From: Rebecca billardiae RCC1528
Taxonomy: Eukaryota > Protista > Haptophyta
Assembly (NCBI GenBank): GCA_965240325.2
Contig: OZ251237.1
Coordinates: forward strand, 868,001 to 932,000
Length of the DNA stretch: 64,000 nt
Reading direction: 5' to 3'
In this document: piece after piece, positions 1 through 10,230 of the stretch
How the letters are laid out: each line of letters opens with the position of its first letter
How positions within the stretch are numbered: the first letter of the stretch is position 1
Notes under the pieces: generated by a model
The model's input: only the letters and a program-made list of their open reading frames with translations
Told to the model about the DNA's origin: nothing
Database searches by the model: none
Position numbers and translations under genes: made by a program

Positions 1-389
1 TGCGCCGCGGCATGCGCTTGCTCATCGAGCGGCGCGAGCGTGGAGAGCATGCGCCGTGCGCTGCGGCACAAGCGCATGTCCCCAGCAAACACCCATACCT
101 CTTCCATCTGCTTCACTGCCGTGTGCCAGCCCACCTTGAGAAGGAAGGACTGGACGCCGTTCACAGCAAGCAGCTGCTTGCTGAACTTGGCATTGCTCCG
201 TCTCAGCCGCCGGTACTTGGGCTCGTCGGGCGCATCCTCGATGTTGCGGTGCATGCGCTCAAGCAGGCGCATTGCGCCAATGCTCGCCGTCGCATCGTGC
301 CGCTCGCGGTCTCGGATCACCTCGAGGCTGCAGCGAACCTCGCGCACGAGCTCGTCGCTCTCAGGCAGCGGGTCGCCGAGGCCAGCAAT
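1..389 (-). pseudogene. Diverged partial duplicate of the PUB-domain gene (runs off the window start)
   Basis: 1-~385 is nearly identical to 1262-~1647. It has a 3-nt insertion near 180 (ctgcttgctgaac vs ctgcttgaac), and the position equivalent to the start ATG reads ATT. Confidence 0.6.
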
Positions 390-1098
390 CTCGAACAGCC
401 TTGACGGCCGCCAAGGCGCCAAGCCGCCAACTGCCAAACGAGTGCACCGGAGCTCTCCACCTTTCCGGACCGGGCTGTGGGGCACGCGTGAATGAACGGT
501 GAATGTGAAGCACCGTGTTCAGTGTCCCGTGCTGATGCCGCCTGGCGGTGAGGCTCCCACACGTACGGCATGGTCCTGGCAGACCCCTGGCAGGCTTAGA
601 AGCGGCAGAGCGCTGCCAGCGGTGGCGATCCCACGGACCATCATAATGAGTAGTCACTACTTCATCACATCATCAATTATGATACATCAGCAGCCCGGAT
701 GTCTTTATAATAGGAGAGTAGTACTGGCGTGCTCTTGCGTCTGAGGTCATGGGTTCAAAACCAGTTTCCAGGTCTCTCTTCGGAGAGCGTGCGATGAAGG
801 ATGGCGCGGCAACCTGCCACCGTGAGCCTTACGCACGTTAAAGCAAATAAACTGTAAAATATAAATTCCCCTTTATAATAACGAATATTATTCCGAGAAC
901 GGGCTCCGGGTGATCAGGCTGGCGGCCGAAGCCTCCAGCCCTACCCTGGCCAGCCCCCAACCAACCACCACCCTCACCCAACCTCAAACCACTGACCGAG
1001 ACATGGTGTATCATCGACATGAGACCGCAGGTACTCCGGAGAGCGAGGCCGCCGAGCTGCGTCAGATCCGAGTGCTACCGACATTGCCCAATGATCTC

Positions 1099-1647
1099 TC
1101 ATTGGGCAATGTCGGTAGCAGCTGGAGCTGGAGCAGCGGCTGGAGCAGCGGTCGTCACCTTGGCAAACATGTCCTTCCGCCATTCGTGATCACCCTTGAT
1201 CTCAGCGACTGTCGCTGTGCGCACAGCATTCACGCGAGCAATCTCGTTTGCCCGCACCTGTTGCGCCGCGGCATGCGCTTGCTCATCGAGCGTTGCGAGC
1301 GTGGAGAGCATGCGCCGTGCGCTGCGGCACAAGCGCATGTCCCCAGCAAACACCCATACCTCTTCCATCTGCTCCACTGCCGTGTGCCAGCCCACCTTGA
1401 GAAGGAAGGACTGGACGCCGTTCACAGCAAGCAGCTGCTTGAACTTGGCATTGCTCCGTCTCAGCCGCCGGTACTTGGGCTCGTCGGGCGCATCCTCGAT
1501 GTTGCGGTGCAAGCGCTCAAGCAGGCGCATTGCACCAATGCTCGCCGTCGCATCGTGCCGCTCGCGGTCTCGGATCACCTCGAGGCTGCGGCGCACCTCG
1601 CGCACGAGCTCGTCGCTCTCAGGCAGCGGGTCGTCGAGGTCAGCCAT
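1099..1647 (-). CDS. PUB-domain (p97/Cdc48-binding) protein
   Basis: The translation LLERLHRNIEDAPDEPKYRRLRRSNAKFKQLLAVNGVQSFLLKVGW matches the PUB consensus (NI...P.E.KYR.I...N..F...G...FL..GF). Start MADLDD at 1647. Confidence 0.8.
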   Translation of the reverse strand: MADLDDPLPESDELVREVRRSLEVIRDRERHDATASIGAMRLLERLHRNIEDAPDEPKYRRLRRSNAKFKQLLAVNGVQSFLLKVGWHTAVEQMEEVWVFAGDMRLCRSARRMLSTLATLDEQAHAAAQQVRANEIARVNAVRTATVAEIKGDHEWRKDMFAKVTTAAPAAAPAPAATDIAQ

Positions 1648-1692
1648 CCTGTGCTGATGCACACGCCACGCCGCCTAAAAAAATCGGTCAGC

Positions 1693-2595
1693 ATGGCAGA
1701 CCCAGACGCGCCAGTCGCGATCACACGGCATGACTTTCGCGCAGTCGTGCGCAAACGGCGCACGCAGCGCGGCGAGGCGGCCTCATCGGACGAGGTGCTC
1801 CCACCAGCACGCACCAAGGCGGGCATCGCCGCTGAGGCGCAGCAGGCATGGGACAGCATCCAATCCATGACGGCGTTTCTGCAGCAGCAGCTCGCGCCGG
1901 TGCGTCTGCGCGCGATGAGCGCAGCCGAATGCGAGGAGGTGGAGAGCGTCGCTGCCGAGTTCGCCGTCGTGTGCACGCAGCAGCTTGATGCGCTCAAGGC
2001 GGCCGTAGATCAGGCGGCGCGCCCATCAGCGGGCACGCAACCCGGCCGGCAGCACACTCAGCACTTGCAAGCTGTCGTGAGCAGCCTGTATGAGCAACTA
2101 AGCGAGGTGGCGTCGCTCGCTGAGCGCTTCCGCGCGCGCGCGGCAGAGGAGGCGCTCTCGTCAAGAGGGCACGAGCTCAGAACGACGCACCCAGCCGTCT
2201 CCGCCGAGCGTGCGCCCCCTCCGTGGGAGGAGGTCGCCGGCTGCGTGCTTGCAGACACGGAGGAGCTGCCCGCGGCCGAGCGGCAGCAGCTCGAGCTGGA
2301 GAACTCGGCGCTGCAGGACGAGTTCAGCTCGCTCGTGGACGACGTGCGACGAGCCGAGTCACGCATGGTCGAGATCTCACAGCTCTCTCACGTCCTGTCA
2401 ACGAAGCTCGTCGAGCAGTCCGAGCAGCTCGACACGATCTACACCGACAGCATCCATGCCGCCGAGGCCGTGCGCGCTGGCAACCGCTCGCTGGAATCTG
2501 CTGAGCGGCACACGCGCTCCTCGCGCCTGTTCCAAGTGGGCTTCTTCGTCGTGGCGTCGCTGCTGCTGCTACTGCTGGACTGGTGGCACTCCTGA
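1693..2595 (+). CDS. STX18: Syntaxin-18/SYP81/Ufe1-like ER Qa-SNARE
   Basis: Helical Habc region, then the SNARE motif ELENSALQDEFSSLVDDVRRAESRMVEISQLSHVLSTKLVEQSEQLDTIY and a C-terminal TM helix ending LLLLDWWHS. The upstream part of the 910 ORF is the antisense shadow of the PUB gene. Confidence 0.85.
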   Translation: MADPDAPVAITRHDFRAVVRKRRTQRGEAASSDEVLPPARTKAGIAAEAQQAWDSIQSMTAFLQQQLAPVRLRAMSAAECEEVESVAAEFAVVCTQQLDALKAAVDQAARPSAGTQPGRQHTQHLQAVVSSLYEQLSEVASLAERFRARAAEEALSSRGHELRTTHPAVSAERAPPPWEEVAGCVLADTEELPAAERQQLELENSALQDEFSSLVDDVRRAESRMVEISQLSHVLSTKLVEQSEQLDTIYTDSIHAAEAVRAGNRSLESAERHTRSSRLFQVGFFVVASLLLLLLDWWHS

Positions 2596-2965
2596 ATGCT
2601 GCGCCTACCATTGACCGTCGGAGCTGCTTTGGCTGTCAACAGCAGCCGGGACGGCCGCCGGGACGGCCGCCCGGAGACGGCCGCCGGGACGGCGGCGGGA
2701 CGGACCGCGTTGCCCCCGCGTCCGCGCACGTCGCACACGATACCCCGAACCCGAAAGTTCCGCGCCGCCGCCGGCAGTCCGTCGAGTAGTCCGCCTCTGA
2801 TGCGGTCCCACTCTCGAGCCTCGCCTCTCGTGCCTCTTGCTGCGTGTACGCGCTGCACGCACTCAGATACGACGTATACATACCGACTAACTAATTAACA
2901 CACTACACAGCAATCACAGTAATCACACTACTACTAGCTGCTAATAAATCGATGAAACGTTTCCG

Positions 2966-2966
<1 letters not shown>

Positions 2967-3006
<40 letters not shown>
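2967..3006. repeat. (TA)n microsatellite
   Basis: Read directly from the sequence. Confidence 0.95.
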
Positions 3007-3009
<3 letters not shown>

Positions 3010-3640
3010 TGTATATACTAAGAATAACTAAGCATATAATACTGCTCAAAAGAATACATATAGCAATAAATAATTAACAATATATAGATTCAATAATAGC
3101 CGCCAACGTACGCGTCGTACTGTCATACGTGCTGCACTAAGTGCACTGACCACTGAGGCACTGTGACTGAGGCCCCGCACTCGCAGTGAGGGACAGGGTG
3201 CCGCCAGGCGGGCGCGCGCATAGTCTTACGACGACATTAAATTTAATTATATTTTTTTAAATATATATTATTCTGAGTGTAGTTGAATCTGGAACCGACG
3301 AGACCGAATGTCAACACTGGGCTGATTCGGACCGACCGTGCCTAAAGTGAGCCAAAGCCGTCCAATGATCGATCGAAGCCGGGCGGGAGTGGCGCGCAAA
3401 GGTGAGTGCCGCGTCACGCCACTCCCCACGCCGCCACAGATCGGTTGAGGGCTGCTGCTGCCGCCGCCGCCGCCACTCCGCAATGAGCAGTCGCAAGCTG
3501 CACGCTCCTTCGCTGACCACACATCGCTGACTGCTCCAGGCCGCGCAACGCTCATCCAGCACTCAGCAGGCAACGGCCGCGTGCACGTGGCTCGGCCTGA
3601 CCTGTCCGGTGCGCGGAGTGCGCAGTGCGCAGTGCGCGCC

Positions 3641-5570
3641 TCAGACAATCGAGTACTGCTCCACCGTCAGAGAGGTGAGCGACGAGAAGCGGATGGGCTC
3701 GCGCGTCTCCACATTCAACACGTCGCCAATCTCCATCTCGCAGAACGTCTTGCTCGACGTGAAGTCGACCGAGATCGGGAAGAACGCGCTTGGGTCGACG
3801 CCTGCGTGCGCACGCGGGCGGGTGCGCGGCGCGGCGCAGCGGTGAGCCGAGAGGTGCGGCGCGCGGCGTGCGGTGCCAGGGCGCGCACCTGCGACCGCGA
3901 ACTCCAGCGTGCCGCTCGGGTTGGACTTGCTGATCAGCGGGATCGCCCAAACGAGCGCGTTGTTGCGTGCCGAGTAGTTCGCCTCGCCGTCCTCGCACGT
4001 GACGCGCGGCGCGTCGCAGCCCGGCGGGAACGGGATCGTCATCGTGACGCTGCCGAGCTCCATGGGGCGCACGAGCTCGTACTCCATGGAGACCTCGCAC
4101 GTGCCGTCGCCCGCCACGGACGGCCAGCAGTTCACTGCGCGCATGCGGTCGCGGAGGCATCCGGGGGTGAGGTGGGTGCGCGCGCGCGGCCACGCCGAGC
4201 TCGCGCACCGCGCACGCACACGCGGCGCGCGGCGTGCGCGGCCCACCTGTGAGCGGCACCATGCTCGCCTCGGTGGTTTGTAGCCGCCACTTGAGCACGC
4301 CGAGCGCGTTGCCGGGCGGGAAGGAGCGCGACGCGTCCTTCAGCCCCAGCACGGACTGCTCCGCGAACAGCTGCTTGTTGATGTTCGGGTGCGTCTTGAA
4401 CTGGAAGCCCGGGTTGTTGCCAAACGAGACGGCGACCGTCATTTTGCCCGAGGCCGGGTCGGCGACGAGGAGCTGCAGGTCGCCCTTGACCTCGAGGCTC
4501 TGCACGCCGCCGTCGCGGCCCAGGGTGGCCACCACCTTCTCCTCCACGTTGAGCGTCACGCTCGCGCCCGAAGCCGCCGCCGCCGCCGCCGCGCCCGCCG
4601 GGCCCGCGCCCGGCGCCGCTCGGCGCGCGCCCGGGTCGGCCGCGAGGCTGCCCTCCTCCTGCATCATCGCCATCAGGTCCACCTTGTCCTTCTTCTTGCC
4701 GAGCTGCATGCCCCCGCCCGCCTTGACCGAGCGGACCGGCGCGGCGCTCTTGCCCAGGTCGTCCGGCGGGCGGTACGGGTCTGCGCCGAAGGTGCTGCTG
4801 CCCATGCCGCCGCCCATGCCCATGCCGCTGCCGCTGTCGCCCATCATCTGCCCAAAGCCCTGCATCATCGAGCCGCCGCCGCCACCCATCGAGCCGCCGC
4901 CCACGCCGTCGCCCTTGCGCTGCTCTGCCTTCTGCTTGTCGATCTGCGTCACCTTCCGCTTCATCTCCTCCTTCGCCTCGTTGATCTTGCTCGCCTTGAT
5001 CATGTTGGCGAGCTTCTCCTCGTGGGACTCCATCTCTGTGTACGCGCGGATGTGGACCATGTTGACGTTCTCCTTGTAGCCCAGGGAGATGACCTCGTCG
5101 AGGGCGAAGATGAGCTCGAACTGGTGCTTCAGGATGCTCTCCTCGTCGATGCCATGGCAGTACTCGGGAGCCTGCGCACGGCGCGCGCGCGGCGCGTGGG
5201 GCGCGGGGCGCGGGGCGCAGATGCGGTGCGGGTGGCGTCGTGAGCACGAGCCTGCCTCGCCGCGCGCATCGGCGCGCGCGCGGCGGGAGCGTGCGCGCAC
5301 CAGCTTGGTGAGTAGGCGGAGCGTCTCCAAATCCTCGATGATGTTGCTCTGCTTGTTCGTGATCATCAAGAAGTAGAGCGACTCGACCGGCTGATACACG
5401 TACCGCACCTTGTCGGTCTCGACAAAGGTGTGCTGCTTGTTGCCCGTGCCGATGAGCTTGGGGAAGGCCGCGAGGAGGCCTTCGATGCGGATCCGGCTCA
5501 TATCGACGAACTGGCGGCTGACGAGCACCTTGCCGCTCTTCGAGAGCACAGCCACCGAGAGGCACACCAT
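3641..5570 (-). CDS. ARCN1: Coatomer subunit delta (delta-COP), 4 exons
   Basis: N-terminus MVCLSVAVLSKSGKVLVSRQFVDMSRIRIEGLLAAFPKL and mu-homology motifs FQFKTHPNINK, VLKWR, VNCWPS. GT-AG introns at 5300-5172, 4246-4135 and 3888-3802 join into one frame. Confidence 0.95.
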
Positions 5571-5695
5571 GGCGTCCTCCTGGCCCGAGTTCGCCGCCGC
5601 GATCGAGCGATCAGCGATGGCGACCTTGCTGTGCGAGCCGGACTTGCTCACTTGCCGAGTTGCCGGACAACTTGCATGGTGCCTTGGCAGAGGCG

Positions 5696-6502
5696 ATGGC
5701 GGACGCTGTGACCTCGGCCGTGAACCTCACAAGGCTGCTGCACTGCACAGAGCGGCTCGCGCGCTCTGCGGAGCTCGACCGGCACGTTCTGGGCGCGCAC
5801 GTGGCCAAGCTTCGCCTGCTCTACCGCGAGGCAGACCGCGCGGACGGGCTTTCCAGCGCGCAGCTGGAACACTGCCGGCGGCGGATTCGCGTGCTCGACG
5901 AGCTCGCGCGCTCCTTCGAGCGCGGCGGGGATGGGGGTGATGGCGGTGCGCGCGGCTCACCACGTGCCCGCGAGGTTGGCGCTATCGAACCTCTTGTCCG
6001 GAGCATGGCTCCTGCCGCCGAGCCGGACGCGCCCGAGCCAGCCGCTGCCACCGGCGACGACGGCGAGCAGCGCCCGGGCGCACCAGCAGCGTCGGGCGAA
6101 GCGCCACCGCGCCCAGCGCCGCAATCGCGGCGCCGACGAGCGGGCCGCGTGGCCGGCGAGGAGGCCGACGCGCGCACGGAGCGTGCGCAGGTCGAGTCGC
6201 AACGCGCAGCGCAGGAGGCGCTCCTCGCAGACGCTGCCGAGATGGTCGCTCAGCTCAAGAACAACTCGCTGCTCGCGCAGTGCGCGCTCCGTGGCGACGC
6301 GGCAGTGCTCGCCCTCGCCGAGACCTCGATGGACAGCAATGCGGCGAGGCTGCGCACCGAGACGCGGCGTATCGAGTCCACCCGCCGGGCGATGCGCGCC
6401 AACTGCTGCACCACGTGGCTGCTCATGCTGCTCGTGATTGTGCTCTTCGTCGTCGCGCTCTTTTTCATGCGCTTCGGGCCGGCCCCGCGCCGAGCGCGCT
6501 GA
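5696..6502 (+). CDS. USE1: USE1-like ER Qc-SNARE
   Basis: N-terminal VNLTRLLHCTE, C-terminal SNARE helix QEALLADAAEMVAQLKNNSL...D..VL...MDSN..RL..E, and TM helix WLLMLLVIVLFVVALFFMRF. Confidence 0.8.
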   Translation: MADAVTSAVNLTRLLHCTERLARSAELDRHVLGAHVAKLRLLYREADRADGLSSAQLEHCRRRIRVLDELARSFERGGDGGDGGARGSPRAREVGAIEPLVRSMAPAAEPDAPEPAAATGDDGEQRPGAPAASGEAPPRPAPQSRRRRAGRVAGEEADARTERAQVESQRAAQEALLADAAEMVAQLKNNSLLAQCALRGDAAVLALAETSMDSNAARLRTETRRIESTRRAMRANCCTTWLLMLLVIVLFVVALFFMRFGPAPRRAR

Positions 6503-6858
6503 GTGATTTGGGTCGGGCGGCTGCTGATTTTTGGGCACCGAGCGCGCAGCCAAGCGGCAGCGCGCGTCGACGGTGTGATCCACCAGTGATGGCAGCAGTC
6601 GTTCGATGACTAACCGGCTTACCGCTGCATATCGCGTCAGTGACGCAGCAGGCGACGACGACGGATCGAGTCATTGATGATGCAGCGATATGTGTGTATA
6701 TATATATATATAGTGTAGCAGATACTGCCCGACGAGACGAAGGCGCCTGCTCATGCTGCTGGGCTTGCCAAATATGCCAGGCCAATCCGAAGGTGACGGT
6801 CCGACGTGACGGTGTCGGTGACCGGAGTGATTTACTCGAGCAGTTGTAATATAATAAC

Positions 6859-6861
<3 letters not shown>

Positions 6862-6932
<71 letters not shown>
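6862..6932. repeat. (GA)n microsatellite
   Basis: Read directly from the sequence. Confidence 0.95.
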
Positions 6933-6936
<4 letters not shown>

Positions 6937-6996
6937 CAACAGTTAAGATACTCGGCGGTAATTGTCGTCATCACCGCTTGCTGTCGAGTGTCGTGG

Positions 6997-7806
6997 TCAG
7001 CACCTGCGCAGGTAGTCTTGCCGCCTCGCGTGCACGAAGAGCCCGGAGCGTGGCTTCCAGTGCTCGGTACCCGAGCACATGGTGTAGCCGAGGTTGCTCA
7101 TGAGCTGAGCGATTCTGTTGTTGTTCGCCTCGTCGTATTTGTCCATCTCGATCACAAACACGTCAATCGTGAGCTTGGAGAAGTCGAGGGTGAGCAGCGC
7201 CTCGAGCTCAGCGCCCTCGATATCCAGCGAAAAAAAGTCGATGTGGTTCAGCTCTCCTACCAGCTCCTTCATCGGATAGCACGGAACCAACTCTGTGCCC
7301 CCCCCCACCCAATCACCGTCGGCACCGAGGTGCTTCTTGTGGAAGTCCTTCTTGAAGGCATTAGACATGCGACCGACGTCGCCGCCGACCGTGAAGAGCG
7401 CTGCAAACTTGATCACTGTCTGAGGGCGTGCGCACACACCCGCACGCTTGACGGTAGGGGTAGCGCTCGGCCTGAAAAGCTTTGCGTTCCTCTTCAGCTT
7501 GGCCACGTTTACAGCCGACGCCTCGATCAGGATGCCCGTCCAGTTCAGGCACGTGTGCAGCGCGAGCGTGTTGCTGAAGGTCACGCCGTCGTACGCACCG
7601 ATTTCCACATACGTTCCGCGCGTCGTGTTGGCGAAGAAGCGCTTGATGGCCGCATCCTCCTCACCCGACTGCGAGCGTGACTTTTCACAGCCACCAGTCG
7701 GCCTGGGTAGCGGCCTGCCTGACGCCGGCTGGTTCGCAAGCACGAGCATGAAGACGACCAGGTGCAGCAGCCGGGCCGCCGAGCCCGGCGCGGCGGCGCG
7801 TGCCAT
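6997..7806 (-). CDS. FkbM-family (Methyltransf_21) SAM-dependent methyltransferase with N-terminal signal/anchor
   Basis: Motifs SQSGEED, GTYVEIGAYDGVTFSNT, WTGILIEA and IDFFSLDIEGAELEAL; hydrophobic N-terminus. Confidence 0.88.
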   Translation of the reverse strand: MARAAAPGSAARLLHLVVFMLVLANQPASGRPLPRPTGGCEKSRSQSGEEDAAIKRFFANTTRGTYVEIGAYDGVTFSNTLALHTCLNWTGILIEASAVNVAKLKRNAKLFRPSATPTVKRAGVCARPQTVIKFAALFTVGGDVGRMSNAFKKDFHKKHLGADGDWVGGGTELVPCYPMKELVGELNHIDFFSLDIEGAELEALLTLDFSKLTIDVFVIEMDKYDEANNNRIAQLMSNLGYTMCSGTEHWKPRSGLFVHARRQDYLRRC

Positions 7807-7885
7807 GAGCGTGCGGCCGAAGCAGGCACTACTTTATGATATACGTGTATACAGTTTATTTGTTTTCGGCGGGCGTGAAAACAAT

Positions 7886-9534
7886 AAACTCTGCCCTGGC
7901 GGGCGGGGGGGTCGGCGGGCCGTGCCAGTGCTGTCGCAATATTTCCCCAGCGGGTTCGCGTCTTTTAGCGGATTGACGGGCAGGATGACGAATAATAACA
8001 ATGCGACATACAGATGATGGTGAGCTACCCGACGGCACTGACGAATAATAACGCGACAGATGACTCTGGTGCGAGCTCACCGACAGTGTGATTGCGCGTG
8101 TATTCGTGCACCCACTGCGCTACTCGTCATCGTGCCGAGCCTTCGACTGCGCGCACGCACTGCCAACTGATTGCCGTGCGACGGCGGCGTGCTCATGTAC
8201 GCCTGACGGTGACGGTTTGTTCTTGGAGCTAAACACGAAAACAGTTCAAGTTGTGGCGGAGTGTGATGTCATGATTCATTTGTTCAGGTCGTCCGGAAGT
8301 TAGTGCATCCTACCGAATTCTGTCTCTCTGTCTCTCTGTCTCTCTATGTTGATTTAGCTGAGATCGTGTGTCGCCAGGATGCCAATGTCCGCACCGGGCA
8401 CGCGCTCGTCGGCGCTCGCCGCTCCGCGCGCCAGGTCCGGCACTCGCACGTTCGGCGGTATCAGGAGCTCTCGGTGGTGCGCGCGCGCGCAGTGCGAGAG
8501 CGTGTGCCACTCGCGATCGAGGGTGGGCACGAGCTGCTCGAGCAGGCACATGAAGCGCAGCGCATGTGCCACTGGCTTCACGACGTCGGCCTCGTCCCGC
8601 AGCGCCCGTGCCATGGTGGAGGATGGCGCGGCGATCTTGCACGCGCGACGTTGCATCTCTTTGCGAGTGAGCGCCCTGGAACGGTTGTATCGCGCTGTCG
8701 CCTCAGTCGTCGACTCGCGAAGACGCGATTCCTGCCACGGCGGCAGACCCAGCAGGTGCGTGCGGTGCGCCTCGTACGCCGCTTTGCGCTGCGCCTCCGT
8801 CGCATTGGCCACCGTCGACGCAATGCAGGCCGGACGTGGGTTGAGCGATCTTTGGCCGCGATCGCGAAAGATGATCGCTACCGGGTCTTGTACGCAAACG
8901 GATTTGCATGCGCCCGTTCCTTGAGAAGTTGTGGCACGCGACAGTCCGGTGCGCGGATTCCGGCGATCGAGTTCAGAAGGCCGCGCCAAATCTTGCGTCG
9001 CGTGCGATGGCGCTTCCCGCCCGCGAGACGCCTCGTGATGAGGGCTTTCTCGCACCGAGCCCGACGCGCGACGGTGGATCACGCGAGGTGGCTGTCATGC
9101 GCAGCGCTTGCTACTATGGCCGGTGCGAGCGCTCGACGTGCAAGTCAGGCGAGGACCGCCCCAGGTCGCACGATCGTGTCGACGCGCCGAGCGTACCGCT
9201 CCAAACGCGTCGATTTCGCCCCCGTTCGACCTGCACGCGAGACGACGAGGGCAGCAATCGCAAATCGGGCGAAAACCCCCCTCGGGAGTCCTCTCACGAT
9301 GTCCGCGCCGGCGTTGGATTTGGCGCGCGCCGCCCATGCGCTCCGCGCCATGACGCAACTCTTTTTCGGCCGAGCGTCCCCAGTGGGAGCTGCGAGGGCG
9401 CCCGGTAGTGAGCGAAGCGACCCGGCAGTGAGCGAGGCGATTTTCTTTTCTTTGCGAGGCGATTTTCTTTTTTCTTTTTCTTTTTCTTATCTTTTTCCCG
9501 GGCACTACAAGGGGCGGACCTACGGCCCGCCATA
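7886..9534. repeat. Dispersed ~1.5 kb repeat, copy 1 (with a ~300 bp replacement/insertion at 8060-8355)
   Basis: Colinear high similarity to 12757-14272, from aaactctgccctggcggg to ggacctacggcccgccata. Confidence 0.9.
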
Positions 9535-10230
9535 CGACAAGGATACTAGCTTATCACGCCGTGTAACGACCCGCCGGCCGTTGCACGGCCATTATTATAC
9601 GCGGCGCGAAGTGCCGCGAACGGGGCATGAAAAAAATTCCAACGCATCCCCACTGGGCGGAAGTGCGGACGGGTTACGGTAACGCCGAAAATCGAGTTCT
9701 TTACTGTGTATATATATATTATAGAAGGCGGTGTACTCTAGCGGTATAGTCCAACTACTACTAACTCAGGCGAGTCCAACTACTACTAACTTCGGCCACA
9801 ACATCATCCACCAGCTGCTGACCAAGAACAGGCTACACCATCGTCCACCATGACCTGCCACTGACCAAGTAGGCGACGACATCATCCGCACCAGCTGCTG
9901 ACCAAGTAGGGGACGGCCTGGCCGACGCCAACGGCAACATGCTCACTCGCCTTTGATTTCGTACCCATGCACTTCCTGGTGGGCCTGACGACGTCCGGAC
10001 GACGACAACAACGACATCATCCGCCATGCATGGGGACCAACATCAACGCGCTCACACCACTGCCACTGCTGCAAGCTTCGGCCAGTACCACTACAGACGA
10101 ATCAGGAGAGCTGCGCCCTCGTGCCTGTGTCTTTAAATCATAGAATTGGTATACTAGCGGTAGTTACCCCGGGCGTGACGTGACACCTGCACTACTGCTA
10201 CTTTAGTATATTATAACGTCGTCGTGTCGC

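Noticed and set aside
716-780. tRNA-like B-box (GGTTCAAAACC)
   Set aside because: No acceptor stem or cloverleaf can be folded; at most a SINE-like relic.
910-1692. Apparent long N-terminal extension of the syntaxin ORF
   Set aside because: It is the antisense frame of the PUB gene; the ATG at 1693 gives a normal-sized syntaxin-18.
9748-9910. Short direct repeats with spacers (CRISPR-like appearance)
   Set aside because: Only 2-3 irregular copies, in a eukaryotic context with no cas genes; these are simple local duplications.
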